64,000 nucleotides of DNA from positions 45,357 to 109,356 of the forward strand of contig DBMH01000098.1 in the NCBI GenBank assembly GCA_002297645.1, written 5' to 3'. Position 1 is the first letter of the stretch; each line of letters opens with the position of its first letter. This document shows, piece by piece, positions 27,589-38,245 of this stretch. This DNA is from Rhodanobacteraceae bacterium UBA703. GTDB taxonomy: Bacteria; Pseudomonadota; Gammaproteobacteria; Xanthomonadales; Rhodanobacteraceae. The notes beneath the pieces are model-generated. The model searched no databases. It was not told the origin of the DNA and saw nothing but the letters and a program-made list of their open reading frames with translations. The position numbers and the translations under genes are program-made.

Positions 27589-30500
27589 ATGAACAAGCCA
27601 CTCCGGATGCGAGTCCTGCCGTGGGCCATCGCTTCGCTCTTCGTGATGTCGAACGCGATCGCGCAGAATACGTCGTCCTCGATCAGCGGCCGCATCGTCG
27701 ATGCCGGCGGCAAGCCGGTCGCCGGCGCGACGGTCGAGATCCTCCACGCGCCATCGGGCACCTCGCGCACGGTCGTCACCGACGCGAACGGTCGCTATGC
27801 GGCGCAGGGCCTGCGCGTCGGCGGTCCGTTCGAGGTCAAGGCCTCGGGTGACCACGGCGAGAAGGCCGAGCAGAACGACGTCTACCTGAAGCTGGCCGAA
27901 GACACCACGCTGAACCTCACGGTCGGTGCCGGCGCCGTGACCGAACTCAGCGGCGTGACCGTGGTCGCCGCTGCTCCGGGCTCGACCTTCCAGGCCGACA
28001 ACAAGGGCATCAGCACGAACCTGTCGCAGCGTGACCTGGTCGCGCTGCCGCAGCCGGACCGCTCGATCCAGAACGTGGTGCGCGCCGATCCGCGCATCGT
28101 CGTCACCGACCGCGACCGCGGCGCGTTCTCGGCGATGGGCCAGAACTTCCGCTACAACTCGATCACGGTCGACACCGTCAATGCCGGCGACCCGTTCGGC
28201 CTCAACGACAACGGCCTGCCGACCAAGGGCTCGCCGATCTCGCCGGACGCGATCGAGGAGTACAACATCTCGACCGCCAACTACGACGTCTCGCAGCGTC
28301 GTGGCGTCGGTGCGTCCGTCAACGCCGTGACCAAGAGCGGCACGAACGAGTTCCACGGTTCGGCGTACTACTCCTATACGAACGCCGACGACCTCACCGG
28401 CGAGAACCAGGCCGGCAACAAGTGGACCGGCTGGAGCAGCAAGAGCACCTATGGCGCCACGCTGGGTGGCCCGATCCTCAAGGACACGCTGTTCTTCTTC
28501 CTGTCCTACGAGGAGAGCAAGAACAAGGCGCCGGGCGCGGTGTGGGGACCGGAAGGCTCGGGCCTGACCAACATCGTGCGTGGCCTGACGCAGGAGCAGG
28601 TCGACCAGATCGTCCGCACGGCGGCGGGTTACGGCATCGATGCCGGCGGCCTCCAGGCGTCGAACGTCGACCTCAGCAGCAAGCGCCTGCTGGCCAAGAT
28701 CGACTGGAACATCAATGACGCCCATCGCCTCAGCTTCCGCGCCAGCCGCACCCAGGAAGACGAGCCGATCATCGTGGCCGGTTCCGCCACGCGCCTGAAC
28801 CTGTCGAGCAACTGGTACCTGTTCGACAAGTCGAACAACAGCTTCGCGCTGAGCCTGTACGACGACTGGTCCGACACGTTCTCGACCGAGGCCTCGATCG
28901 GCTACAACAAGTTCGACCAGACCCGCGGCCCGCTCAACGGCAAGGGCGCGCCGGAAATCACCGTGCGCACGACCGGCCAGGATTCCGGCACCAGCGTCGT
29001 GCTCGGCACCGAATACAGCAGCCAGGCCAACATCCTCGGCGTGAAGACCTGGAACGGCTACTTCGCCGGCAACTGGTTCCTCGGCGACCACACCGTCAAG
29101 GCGGGTATCGATTTCCAGAAGGACGCCTACTACAACCTGTTCCTGCAGCGCTACTACGGCACCTACGAGTTCAACTCGATCGACGACTTCATCTCGGGTA
29201 CGTACCGCCGTTACCGCCTGGCCGAGCCGGCCCCGGGCTACTCGCTGGACAACGTCGCCGCGGTGTACGACATGCGCCAGTACGGCCTGTTCCTGCAGGA
29301 CACCTGGCAGGTCACCGACCGTCTTTCGCTGCAGTACGGCGTGCGCTACGACATCCCGCACATGACGCCGGCTCCGACGTACAACCCCTGCGTCGCCGCC
29401 GCTCCCGGCACGACCGGCAACTTCGGCCCGTGCGGCCTGCAGGCGTCGACCAGCAATCCGAGCGCGGCCGTCGGCGGTTACGGCATCAAGAACACCGACC
29501 GCATCAGCGGCGGCGTCCTGCAGCCGCGCCTCTCGTTCAACTACGCGTTCGACACCGAGCGCATGATGCAGCTGCGTGGCGGTATCGGCCTGTTCATCTC
29601 GAACACGCCGGGCGTCTGGCTGGCCAATCCGTACTCGAACAACGGTGTCGCCGCCACGACCTACGACGTCAACCGCCTGCGCACCCCGGATGATCCGGCG
29701 TTCAGCGGCGACCCGAACCATCAGAACGTTCCGGGCGGCGCCGTCACGACGCCGGGCCTCGGCCGCTCGCAGATGAGCGTGGACCTCGTCGACAAGAACT
29801 TCCAGCTGCCGACCGTCACCAAGTACACCCTCGGCTTCGATCACGAGCTGCCGTGGATGGGCCTGGTCGCGACCGCCGACTACGAGCGTCTCGACGTCAA
29901 CAAGGCCGTCTGGTACCAGAACCTCAACCTCGGTGCGCCGACGGGTACCCTGCCGGATGGCCGCTTCAGCTACGCCAAGAATCCGAATGCGGCCCCGGGC
30001 AGCAGCAACACCTCGCGCTGGAACGCCAATCCCTCGTTCGGCAACGTCGTCTACCTGACGAACACCAGCAAGGGCGGTTCCGAAGCGTTGACGCTGTCGT
30101 TGAAGAAGCCGTTCGCCGACGACTGGTCGGCCATGCTCGGCTTCACGATGAGCCGCGCGACGGAAGTCAACCCGGGTACCTCCAGCGTGGCGTTCTCGAG
30201 CTACCAGAACCGCGCGATGTACAACCCGAACGCGGCCGAGGAGTCGACCTCGAACTACTCCATCCCGCGCCGCGTGATCGCGTCGCTGAGCTGGCAGCAC
30301 AAGTTCTTCGGCGACTACGCGACCCAGGTCAGCGCGTTCTTCGACGGCCACTCCGGCGCGCCGTACAGCTGGGTGTTCGGCAACGACGCGAACGGCGACA
30401 GCCTCGCCCGCGACCTCGCCTACATCCCGAACGGCATCAACGACGTGGTCTTCGCCGGCAACTCGACGGCCGATCAGCGCCAGCAGTTCATGGACTACAT

Positions 30501-30888
30501 CAACAACGACCAGTACCTGAGCAAGTACAAGGGTCGCGTGTTCAAGCGCAACGGTGCGCGCGCTCCGTGGATCAACCAGATCGACCTGACCTTCCGCCAG
30601 GAGATCCCGGGCTTCATGGCCGGCCACAAGGGCGAGCTGCGCTTCGACATCTTCAACCTCGGCAACCTGATCAACGACAAGTGGGGCGTCGAGCGCCGTG
30701 CGGACTTCCCGCTGACGCGCAACCTCGCCGACTTCGGCGGCGTCGATCCGGCGACGGGCAAGTACATCTACAACATCGACCAGCAGGTCAAGGGCGGCAC
30801 GTACTCGCCGACCACCCTGCCGGTGAACGAGTCGTTCAATCCGTCGCAGCGCTGGTCGGTTCTGGTGACCGCCCGCTACACGTTCTGA
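27589..30888 (+). CDS. Oar-type TonB-dependent receptor with N-terminal carboxypeptidase-regulatory-like domain
   Basis: Signal peptide; SISGRIVD...GLRVGGPF; NAVTKSGTNEFHGS; C-terminal ARYTF; GAGG RBS. Confidence 0.93.
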   Translation: MNKPLRMRVLPWAIASLFVMSNAIAQNTSSSISGRIVDAGGKPVAGATVEILHAPSGTSRTVVTDANGRYAAQGLRVGGPFEVKASGDHGEKAEQNDVYLKLAEDTTLNLTVGAGAVTELSGVTVVAAAPGSTFQADNKGISTNLSQRDLVALPQPDRSIQNVVRADPRIVVTDRDRGAFSAMGQNFRYNSITVDTVNAGDPFGLNDNGLPTKGSPISPDAIEEYNISTANYDVSQRRGVGASVNAVTKSGTNEFHGSAYYSYTNADDLTGENQAGNKWTGWSSKSTYGATLGGPILKDTLFFFLSYEESKNKAPGAVWGPEGSGLTNIVRGLTQEQVDQIVRTAAGYGIDAGGLQASNVDLSSKRLLAKIDWNINDAHRLSFRASRTQEDEPIIVAGSATRLNLSSNWYLFDKSNNSFALSLYDDWSDTFSTEASIGYNKFDQTRGPLNGKGAPEITVRTTGQDSGTSVVLGTEYSSQANILGVKTWNGYFAGNWFLGDHTVKAGIDFQKDAYYNLFLQRYYGTYEFNSIDDFISGTYRRYRLAEPAPGYSLDNVAAVYDMRQYGLFLQDTWQVTDRLSLQYGVRYDIPHMTPAPTYNPCVAAAPGTTGNFGPCGLQASTSNPSAAVGGYGIKNTDRISGGVLQPRLSFNYAFDTERMMQLRGGIGLFISNTPGVWLANPYSNNGVAATTYDVNRLRTPDDPAFSGDPNHQNVPGGAVTTPGLGRSQMSVDLVDKNFQLPTVTKYTLGFDHELPWMGLVATADYERLDVNKAVWYQNLNLGAPTGTLPDGRFSYAKNPNAAPGSSNTSRWNANPSFGNVVYLTNTSKGGSEALTLSLKKPFADDWSAMLGFTMSRATEVNPGTSSVAFSSYQNRAMYNPNAAEESTSNYSIPRRVIASLSWQHKFFGDYATQVSAFFDGHSGAPYSWVFGNDANGDSLARDLAYIPNGINDVVFAGNSTADQRQQFMDYINNDQYLSKYKGRVFKRNGARAPWINQIDLTFRQEIPGFMAGHKGELRFDIFNLGNLINDKWGVERRADFPLTRNLADFGGVDPATGKYIYNIDQQVKGGTYSPTTLPVNESFNPSQRWSVLVTARYTF

Positions 30889-30911
30889 CGCGATCGGGTC
30901 GTGATGCACGC

Positions 30912-30945
30912 AGAACGGCCGGCTTTTGCCGGCCGTTCTTTTTTT
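30912..30945 (+). terminator. Intrinsic terminator after the Oar-type receptor
   Basis: AGAACGGCCGGC-TTTT-GCCGGCCGTTCT plus T tract. Confidence 0.85.
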
Positions 30946-31026
30946 GGGAGGACCGCTTGACCGGCGACACCGGCTTTGGCCATCGTGACGTCCCCAGATA
31001 CCGAAGAACGAAGACCAAGGAATCGC

Positions 31027-32418
31027 ATGGAGCAGAGCATCGCGTCACCCACCAAGTTCAGCGCACGCATCTCGCCGGCCGCCGGCGGGCTGGACGTGCT
31101 TTCGCGCCATGAGGTCGCGCGACTGCGCGATGCCGGTACCGGCGGCCTGCACGAGTTGCTGAGGCGCTGCGCGCTGGCGGTGCTGACCCAGGGCAGCGCC
31201 ACCGACGACGCCCGTGCCCTGCTGGATCGCTATCCCGATTTCGACATCCAGATCCTGCAGCAGGACCGCGGCGTCAAGCTCGAGCTCAAGAACGCGCCCG
31301 CCGATGCCTTCGTCGACGGCCAGATGATCCGAGGCGTCAACGAACTGCTGTTCGCGGTCGTGCGCGACATCGTCTATGTCGCCACGCAGATGGAGGCCGG
31401 CAGCTTCGATCTCGAGGACTCTCCCGGTATCACGCATGCGGTCTTCGAGATCCTGCGCAATGCCCGCGTGCTGCGTCCCAACGTCGACCCGAACCTCGTC
31501 GTCTGCTGGGGCGGCCACTCCATCGGTCGCGACGAATACCTGTACACCAAGCGTGTCGGTTACGAGCTCGGCCTGCGCGCGTTCGACATCTGCACCGGTT
31601 GCGGCCCCGGCGCGATGAAGGGGCCCATGAAGGGCGCGACCATCGCGCACGCGAAGCAGCGCCGGCGCACCAACCGCTACATCGGCATCACCGAGCCGGG
31701 CATCATCGCGGCCGAGTCGCCGAACCCGATCGTCAACAATCTCGTGATCATGCCGGACATCGAGAAGCGCCTCGAGGCCTTCGTCCGCGTCGCGCACGCG
31801 ATCATCGTGTTCCCGGGCGGCGTCGGCACGGCCGAGGAGATCCTCTACCTGCTCGGCATCCTGCTGCATCCGGACAATGCCGACCTGCCGTTCCCCCTGA
31901 TCTTCACCGGGCCGCGCGAGTCCGCCGCATATTTCGAGCAGATCGACCGCTTCCTGCGCCTCGCGCTCGGCGATCAGGTGGCGCAGCGCTACCGGATCGT
32001 CGTCGACGATCCCGGCGAGGTCGCGCGCCTCGTGCGCAAGGGCATCGAGCGCGTGCGCACGTACCGGCTGGACAGCAAGGACGCCTTCTTCTTCAACTGG
32101 GGGCTCCACGTCGAGCGCGAGTTCCAGGTTCCGTTCAGGCCGACGCACGAGGCGATGGCGGCGCTGAACCTGCATCGCGACCAGCCACCGCACCGCCTCG
32201 CGGCGGATCTGCGCAGGGCGTTCTCGGGCATCGTCGCGGGCAACGTGAAGGAAGAGGGCATGCGCGCGATCGAGAAGAACGGTCCGTTCGTGATCGACGG
32301 GGACCGCGACATCATGCAGGCGCTGGATGCGTTGCTGGCGAGCTTCGTCGAGCAGCAGCGCATGAAGCTGCCGGGTTCACGCTACGTGCCCTGCTATCGC
32401 GTCAACAACGCTTCGTGA
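31027..32418 (+). CDS. ppnN: Nucleotide 5'-monophosphate nucleosidase PpnN (YgdH, LOG family)
   Basis: VCWGGHSI, TGCGPGAMKGPM, DIEKRLEAFVR, FPGGVGTAEE, FSGIVAGNVK. Confidence 0.93.
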   Translation: MEQSIASPTKFSARISPAAGGLDVLSRHEVARLRDAGTGGLHELLRRCALAVLTQGSATDDARALLDRYPDFDIQILQQDRGVKLELKNAPADAFVDGQMIRGVNELLFAVVRDIVYVATQMEAGSFDLEDSPGITHAVFEILRNARVLRPNVDPNLVVCWGGHSIGRDEYLYTKRVGYELGLRAFDICTGCGPGAMKGPMKGATIAHAKQRRRTNRYIGITEPGIIAAESPNPIVNNLVIMPDIEKRLEAFVRVAHAIIVFPGGVGTAEEILYLLGILLHPDNADLPFPLIFTGPRESAAYFEQIDRFLRLALGDQVAQRYRIVVDDPGEVARLVRKGIERVRTYRLDSKDAFFFNWGLHVEREFQVPFRPTHEAMAALNLHRDQPPHRLAADLRRAFSGIVAGNVKEEGMRAIEKNGPFVIDGDRDIMQALDALLASFVEQQRMKLPGSRYVPCYRVNNAS

Positions 32419-32741
32419 CTTTCCCGGCCGGCGCACGGTGCTTCAAGCCCGTGCGCGGCAGCGGATTCCGGAGAGAGGGGCGATGGACGGAGCCGTCGAG
32501 GGCGAACCGGCTTCATGCCGGAGAATTGGCCATCCTTGGCGACCCCGCCGTCCCGCCTGGCAGCACTTCTCACGAAGGACGACCGCGGCAGGTAGCGTCA
32601 ACGGGGAGGGAGATCGGCCTGCCGCGGCCGCTGCGAATACTAGGGGCGGGCGGCTGCGGTTCAATGGCCGCCGACGTAAAATTCGATGAAGAAGTGTTTA
32701 GTTCCGCCAAGTCCGTCTTCGCTTCGCGGCGAACGGAAACG

Positions 32742-32775
32742 AAAAAGGGCCGCATCGCTGCGGCCCTTTCTCTTT
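32742..32775. terminator. Likely bidirectional terminator downstream of tRNA-Asn
   Basis: AAAAAGGGCCGCA-TCGC-TGCGGCCCTTTCTCTTT. Confidence 0.7.
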
Positions 32776-32778
32776 GTG

Positions 32779-32855
32779 TGGCGCCCGAAGTTGGACTCGA
32801 ACCAACGACCCCCTGATTAACAGTCAAGTGCTCTAACCGGCTGAGCTATTCGGGC
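32779..32855 (-). tRNA. tRNA-Asn(GTT)
   Basis: Cloverleaf GCCCGAA-TAGCTCAGCCGGTTAGAGC-ACTTGA-CTGTTAA-TCAGG-...-GTTCGAGTCC-...-TTCGGGC-G-CCA. Confidence 0.97.
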
Positions 32856-32864
32856 GAGCCGCAT

Positions 32865-32893
32865 ATTCTGTTGAGACTCGGGTCTCTCGTCAA
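32865..32893 (-). promoter_or_regulatory. Sigma70-type promoter for tRNA-Asn
   Basis: TTGACG-17 nt-CAGAAT on minus strand. Confidence 0.6.
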
Positions 32894-32916
32894 GCGTTCT
32901 TTTCGATCCGATGCAT

Positions 32917-33474
32917 TCAGCCGGTGGCGCGCAGGCAGGTCGCGGCCTGCGCGGCGCTGGGCGTGCCGTTTCGCACGCGCCCGGTGTTGCTGATCACGAG
33001 CAACGTGGCTCCGGCCGTGCCGGCGGCCCGGTCGCAGACCGTCAGGCTCAGGTTCGTGCCCCCCGCGCTTCCGTCCGGCTGGTAGCCGATGCGCAGGCGG
33101 CCGGTCGAGGTGACGATCGCCACGCCGGCGGGCTGCGCCTGGGCGACCGACAGGAGCGGCTCGTCGCCGCTGCGTTCGCGGTCGTTGTCGAGATCGGCGA
33201 ATACGATCCAGCCGTGCTGCCATTGCGTGGAGTGGCTGCAGGTCCATTGATCGGCGCTCGGACAGACGACGACGGGCACGCTGCGCCCGATCGCGGCGAG
33301 GCGTGCCTGGCTGAGCGCCACGTTCAGCGCGCTGCGGGCAGTTCGCGTCTGGGTCCTGCCGAACAGGCCCGCGTAGGAGGGGCTGGCGAGGGCGAGCAGG
33401 GTCGCGAGGATCGCGATCACCATCAGTGCTTCGATCAGGGTGAAACCGTGCGAGCGGAGCATGGACTTCTGCAT
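32917..33474 (-). CDS. fimT: Orphan type IV minor pilin FimT/GspH family
   Basis: Prepilin cleavage site G|FTLIEALM; GspH-like body (VVVCPS..C...WQHGW); C-terminal GRVR. Confidence 0.85.
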   Translation of the reverse strand: MQKSMLRSHGFTLIEALMVIAILATLLALASPSYAGLFGRTQTRTARSALNVALSQARLAAIGRSVPVVVCPSADQWTCSHSTQWQHGWIVFADLDNDRERSGDEPLLSVAQAQPAGVAIVTSTGRLRIGYQPDGSAGGTNLSLTVCDRAAGTAGATLLVISNTGRVRNGTPSAAQAATCLRATG

Positions 33475-33639
33475 GGTGCGCCTCCAGTTCAGGGTGTCGC
33501 CATGCTAGGTGCGCGCCTCGGGGCGGACGATGGCCGCGGGCCCTTGCCTTCTGTAGGAAAAAGACCTGGCCGTGCGCAGGAATCGCGGCCGGGAGGCCGG
33601 GCCCCGGCCGCTATAATCGACGATCGACGCGGAGTACCG

Positions 33640-35661
33640 ATGTCAGAACGCTTCCAGCTCGTATCCCCGTTCAAGCCCGCCGGCGACCAGCCGGGGGCGA
33701 TCGCGCGACTGACCGACGGCTTCGAGGCCGGGCTCGCGCAGCAGACGCTTCTGGGCGTCACCGGTTCCGGCAAGACGTTCACGATCGCCAACCTGGTCGA
33801 GCGCATCCAGAAGCCGACCATCGTGATGGCGCCGAACAAGACGCTGGCGGCGCAGCTCTACGGCGAGTTCAAGGAGTTCTTCCCGCACAACGCGGTTGAG
33901 TACTTCGTCAGCTACTACGACTACTACCAGCCGGAAGCCTACGTCCCGTCGAGCGACACCTACATCGAGAAGGACGCCTCGATCAACGACCACATCGAGC
34001 AGATGCGCCTGGCCGCGACGAAGGCGCTGCTGTCGCGCCCGGATTCCCTGATCGTCGCCACGGTTTCCGCGATCTACGGCCTCGGCGATCCCGAGGACTA
34101 CCTCTCGATGCGCCTGATCCTCGCCCGCGGCGAGCGCATCGACCAGCGCAAGCTGATCCGCCACCTGACGGAACTCCAGTACACGCGCGGCGAGATGGAA
34201 CTGCGGCGCGGCAGCTACCGCGTGCGCGGCGAGGTCATCGACGTCTTTCCCGCCGAGTCGGAAACCGAGGCGCTGCGCATCGAGCTGTTCGACGGCGAGA
34301 TCGAAAACCTCTCGCTGTTCGATCCGCTGACCGGAGCGCTGTTGCGCAAGGTTCCGCGCTACGTCGTCTACCCGAAGACGCATTACGCGACGACGCGCGA
34401 TCGCGTGCTGCACGCGATCGACACGATCAAGGAAGAGCTCAAGGAGCGTCTGGACCATCTCTACAAGGCGAACAAGCTGGTCGAGGCGCAGCGGCTGGAG
34501 CAGCGCACGCGCTTCGACGTCGAGATGATGGCCGAAGTCGGCTACTGCAACGGCATCGAGAACTATTCGCGCCACCTGACCGGACGTGCGCCCGGCGAGC
34601 CGCCGCCGACGCTGTTCGACTACCTGCCGCCGGACGCCTTGCTCGTCGTCGACGAGTCGCACGTGACGATTCCTCAGCTCGGCGCGATGTACAAGGGCGA
34701 CCGTTCGCGCAAGGAGACGCTCGTCGAGTTCGGCTTCCGCCTGCCGTCCGCGCTGGACAACCGGCCGCTGCGCTTCCACGAATGGGAGGAGCGTGCACCG
34801 CGTACGGTATTCGTCTCGGCGACCCCGGGTACGTACGAGATCGAGAAATCGGGCGGCAACATCGTCGAGCTGGTCGTGCGTCCGACCGGCCTGATCGACC
34901 CGCGCGTGGAAGTGCGCCCGGCGCGCACGCAGGTCGACGACCTGCTCGGCGAGGCGCAGGAGCGCATCGCGCGCGGCGATCGCGTGCTGGTCACGACGCT
35001 GACCAAGCGCATGGCCGAGAACCTGACGGAGTACCTCGAGGAGCACGGCATCCGCGTGCGCTACCTGCATTCGGACATCGAGACGGTGGAGCGCGTCGAG
35101 ATCCTGCGCGACCTGCGCCTCGGCAAGTTCGACGTGCTGGTCGGCATCAACCTGTTGCGCGAAGGCCTGGACATGCCGGAGGTGTCGCTGGTCGCGATCC
35201 TCGATGCCGACAAGGAAGGCTTCCTGCGTTCGACCGGTTCGCTGATCCAGACCATCGGCCGTGCCGCGCGCAACCTGCGCGGCACGGCCATCCTGTACGC
35301 CGACCGCGTCACGCGCTCGATGCAGGCGGCGATCGACGAGACCGACCGCCGTCGTGCGAAGCAGGTCGAGTACAACGAGGCGCACGGCATCGTGCCGAAG
35401 TCCGTCGTGCGCAAGATCACCGACGTCATGGAAGGCGCGCGCGCCGAAGGAGCCTCCGAGCGTGGCCGCGCTCGCGGGGCCGCGCGCAAGGTCGCCGAGC
35501 CGGCGGCGGACTATCGTACGCTGACGCCGGAGCAGGTCGCCGCGAAAATCAAGCAGCTCGAGGCGCAGATGTACAAGCACGCGCAGGATCTCGAGTTCGA
35601 GGATGCCGCGCGCGTGCGCGACGAGATCCATCGCATCCGCGAGCAGGGACTGATCGGCTGA
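33640..35661 (+). CDS. uvrB: Excinuclease ABC subunit B
   Basis: [29 protein letters not shown]-terminal UVR coil; ATG 33640 with GGAG RBS. Confidence 0.98.
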   Translation: MSERFQLVSPFKPAGDQPGAIARLTDGFEAGLAQQTLLGVTGSGKTFTIANLVERIQKPTIVMAPNKTLAAQLYGEFKEFFPHNAVEYFVSYYDYYQPEAYVPSSDTYIEKDASINDHIEQMRLAATKALLSRPDSLIVATVSAIYGLGDPEDYLSMRLILARGERIDQRKLIRHLTELQYTRGEMELRRGSYRVRGEVIDVFPAESETEALRIELFDGEIENLSLFDPLTGALLRKVPRYVVYPKTHYATTRDRVLHAIDTIKEELKERLDHLYKANKLVEAQRLEQRTRFDVEMMAEVGYCNGIENYSRHLTGRAPGEPPPTLFDYLPPDALLVVDESHVTIPQLGAMYKGDRSRKETLVEFGFRLPSALDNRPLRFHEWEERAPRTVFVSATPGTYEIEKSGGNIVELVVRPTGLIDPRVEVRPARTQVDDLLGEAQERIARGDRVLVTTLTKRMAENLTEYLEEHGIRVRYLHSDIETVERVEILRDLRLGKFDVLVGINLLREGLDMPEVSLVAILDADKEGFLRSTGSLIQTIGRAARNLRGTAILYADRVTRSMQAAIDETDRRRAKQVEYNEAHGIVPKSVVRKITDVMEGARAEGASERGRARGAARKVAEPAADYRTLTPEQVAAKIKQLEAQMYKHAQDLEFEDAARVRDEIHRIREQGLIG

Positions 35662-35772
35662 ACGAGTGTGTCGGCCGTCACGATTCTGTCGTGCGCGCCG
35701 GCTAGGCTTCGCGGCCATCCCTGAAGGTGGGGCCGCCCGCGCATGGGCGGCACACCGCGAAGTTCCCGCACG

Positions 35773-37110
35773 ATGAATCCAGCCCAGACGATGCGCGTCA
35801 CCGCACCCGCCGCGGCCGCCCACGGCGGTTTGCGAACGGTACTGCGAACGACGGCGCCGATCGCGCCGGCGACCAGCGTGATCGACGTCGCCCAGCGGAT
35901 CCTCGATCCGCAGCACGAGGGATTGCTCAGCCTGCCGGTCGTCGACGAGGGCAGGCCGGTCGGCACCATCAGCCGGTACGAGCTGATGCGCGTGTTCCTG
36001 ATGCCGTACGGCCGCGAGCTCTACGGGCGGCGCCCGATCACTTCCCTGATGAACGCCAGTCCGCTGGTGCTCGACTGGGCGACGCCATTGGACCTGGCCG
36101 CCCGCGCGATCGCGACGCACATCCGCAGCCCGATCACCGACGACTTCGTGCTCGTCGACGGGGCCGGTGCCTATGTCGGCACGGGCGTCGTGCTCGACGT
36201 GCTGCGCGCGGTCGAGGCGAGGCTGGCCGAGCGCGGCGGCGAGCTGGAGCGCGCCTACGCGCGGCTCAAGTCCTCGCAATTGCAGCTCGTGCAGTCGGAG
36301 AAGATGGCGTCGCTCGGGCAGATGGTCGCGGGGCTCGTCCACGAGATCAACACGCCGCTCGGTTACGTGCGCAACAACGTGGAGATGACGCGCGACGCGC
36401 TGGGCGACACCGTGCGGCTGGTCGCCTCGCAGCAGGCGGTGGTCGACGCCCTGCTCGGCGGGGGCGAGGTGGGGGAATCCGGATTCGAGGTGCATCTCGC
36501 CGAGATCGAGATGCTGCGGGCGCGCGTCGATACGGCGGCGCTGGAGGACCTCCGCGAACTGCTCGACGACACCCTGCACGGCGTCGGGCAGATCGGCGAC
36601 CTCGTGCTGAACCTGAAGGACTTCAGCCGTCTCGATCAGGCGGGTTTCCAGAAGGCCGACGTCAACAAGCTCGTCGACGGCGCGCTGAAGATCGCGCAGC
36701 ACCTGCTGCGCAAGAGCGGCGTCGCCGTCGTTCGCGAAGCCGGCGACGTGCCGGAAATCGAATGCGCTCCGGCGCAGATCAACCAGGTGCTGCTGAACCT
36801 GGTCGGCAACGCGATCCAGGCGATCGACCACGATCGCGGTCGCATCCTCGTGCGCACGCAATGGCTCGACGGCCGTGCCTTGATCCTCGTCGAGGACAAT
36901 GGCAAGGGCATCGCCGCGGAGAATCTCCAGCGCATCTTCGATCCGTTCTTCACGACCAAGCCGGTCGGACAGGGGACGGGGCTGGGACTGGCCATCTCGC
37001 ACCAGATCGTCGGGCAGCACGGCGGCACCATCCGCGTGGCCTCGAAGCCGGGCGTGGGCACGCGCTTCCTCGTCGTGTTGCCGGCGGCGCCGACGGAGAA
37101 GTCCGCATGA
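35773..37110 (+). CDS. Soluble sensor histidine kinase with N-terminal CBS-like pair
   Basis: LPVVDEGRPVGTIS CBS motif; QSEKMASLGQMVAGLVHEINTPL H-box; N, G1, F, G2 boxes; no TM segment. Confidence 0.88.
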   Translation: MNPAQTMRVTAPAAAAHGGLRTVLRTTAPIAPATSVIDVAQRILDPQHEGLLSLPVVDEGRPVGTISRYELMRVFLMPYGRELYGRRPITSLMNASPLVLDWATPLDLAARAIATHIRSPITDDFVLVDGAGAYVGTGVVLDVLRAVEARLAERGGELERAYARLKSSQLQLVQSEKMASLGQMVAGLVHEINTPLGYVRNNVEMTRDALGDTVRLVASQQAVVDALLGGGEVGESGFEVHLAEIEMLRARVDTAALEDLRELLDDTLHGVGQIGDLVLNLKDFSRLDQAGFQKADVNKLVDGALKIAQHLLRKSGVAVVREAGDVPEIECAPAQINQVLLNLVGNAIQAIDHDRGRILVRTQWLDGRALILVEDNGKGIAAENLQRIFDPFFTTKPVGQGTGLGLAISHQIVGQHGGTIRVASKPGVGTRFLVVLPAAPTEKSA

Positions 37111-38030
37111 TGCCCCGGGTGCTGTTCGTCGACGACGAGGAGCGCATCCTGCGCTCGTTGCGCATGCTGTTCCGCGGACGCTGCGAGATCCTGACGACGA
37201 CGTCCGGACACGAGGCGATCGAATGGGTACGGCAGCGGCCGGTGCACGTCGTCGTGAGCGACCAGCGCATGCCGGAGATCGGCGGCGTCGAAGTCCTGCG
37301 GGCGGTGGCCGGTCATTCGCCGGCGACGATGCGCATCCTGCTCACCGGCTACGCGGACATGGACGCGGTCACCGCCTCGGTGAACGACGGCGAGATCTAC
37401 CGTTTCATCGAGAAGCCCTGGGATGCGTTGCGCCTGATCGACACGGTGGAGCAGGCGGCGCGGATCGCCCAGGACGGATTCGCCGCTCCTCCGCCGGAGG
37501 CGTCGTCGCGCAAGCCCTCGCTATCGACAGTGGCTGCGCGCGTCCTCGTGCTGGACGACGATGGCGCGGTCGCGGCGCAGGTCCGCGAGCTGATGCCGGA
37601 GGCGGTGCGCATCGAGCACGCGACGAGCCTGCCGGACGCGCTCGACGCGATGGCGGTGAGCGAAATCGCGGTCGTGGTCGCCCAACTGTCCAGCGCCGCG
37701 GGCGACGTGGCGGAGGCGCTCAAGCAACTCAAGCGCCTGTGTCCCGGCACGCTGGTCATCGTCGTGTCGCCGCTGCGCGACAGCCGGCTCGTCATCGGCC
37801 TGATCAACGAAGGACAGATCTTCCGTTTCCTGCTGCAGCCGCCGCCGCGCGAGCTATTGCGGCGCGGCCTGCTCGCAGCGTTGCAGCGCCACGCGGAACT
37901 GAGGGCCGACGCCGGCCTGTTGCGGCGTCATGCGGTCGAGCCGTCGCGCGGCGATGCCTCGACGACGCCGGGCTGGCTGCAACAGGCGTGGCGCCGCATC
38001 CGCGAAGCGACCGCGCTGCGGATCGGGTGA
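37107..38030 (+). CDS. Response regulator with one intact and one degenerate receiver domain, no obvious output domain
   Basis: VLFVDDE...VVSDQRMP...LTGY...FIEKPW, then VLVLDDD...VVVAQL...FLLQPP; ATGA overlap with kinase. Confidence 0.85.
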   Translation: MMPRVLFVDDEERILRSLRMLFRGRCEILTTTSGHEAIEWVRQRPVHVVVSDQRMPEIGGVEVLRAVAGHSPATMRILLTGYADMDAVTASVNDGEIYRFIEKPWDALRLIDTVEQAARIAQDGFAAPPPEASSRKPSLSTVAARVLVLDDDGAVAAQVRELMPEAVRIEHATSLPDALDAMAVSEIAVVVAQLSSAAGDVAEALKQLKRLCPGTLVIVVSPLRDSRLVIGLINEGQIFRFLLQPPPRELLRRGLLAALQRHAELRADAGLLRRHAVEPSRGDASTTPGWLQQAWRRIREATALRIG

Positions 38031-38119
38031 AGGCATCCGGTGAAGCGGAATCGGCGAATTTGCGAAATCCCGCTTGTGTCGCGGCACGGACTCGGTTAGG
38101 CTTCGCGCCCCCGAACAAC

Positions 38120-38194
38120 GGGCGGTTAGCTCAGCGGTAGAGCACTACCTTGACATGGTAGGGGTCACAGGTTCGATCCCTGTACCGCCCACCA
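38120..38194 (+). tRNA. tRNA-Val(GAC)
   Basis: GGGCGGT-TAGCTCAGCGGTAGAGC-ACTACC-TTGACAT-GGTAG...GGTTCGATCC...ACCGCCC-A-CCA. Confidence 0.97.
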
Positions 38195-38207
38195 CTCTAA
38201 GTGGATG

Positions 38208-38245
38208 AAACGGCTCGACCTCGACGGTCGGGCCGTTTTTTTTTT
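38208..38245 (+). terminator. Intrinsic terminator after tRNA-Val
   Basis: AAACGGCTCGACC-TCGAC-GGTCGGGCCGTTT plus long T run. Confidence 0.85.

Noticed and set aside
32911-33639. Apparent N-terminal extension of UvrB
   Set aside because: Antisense to fimT; UvrB homology starts at ATG 33640
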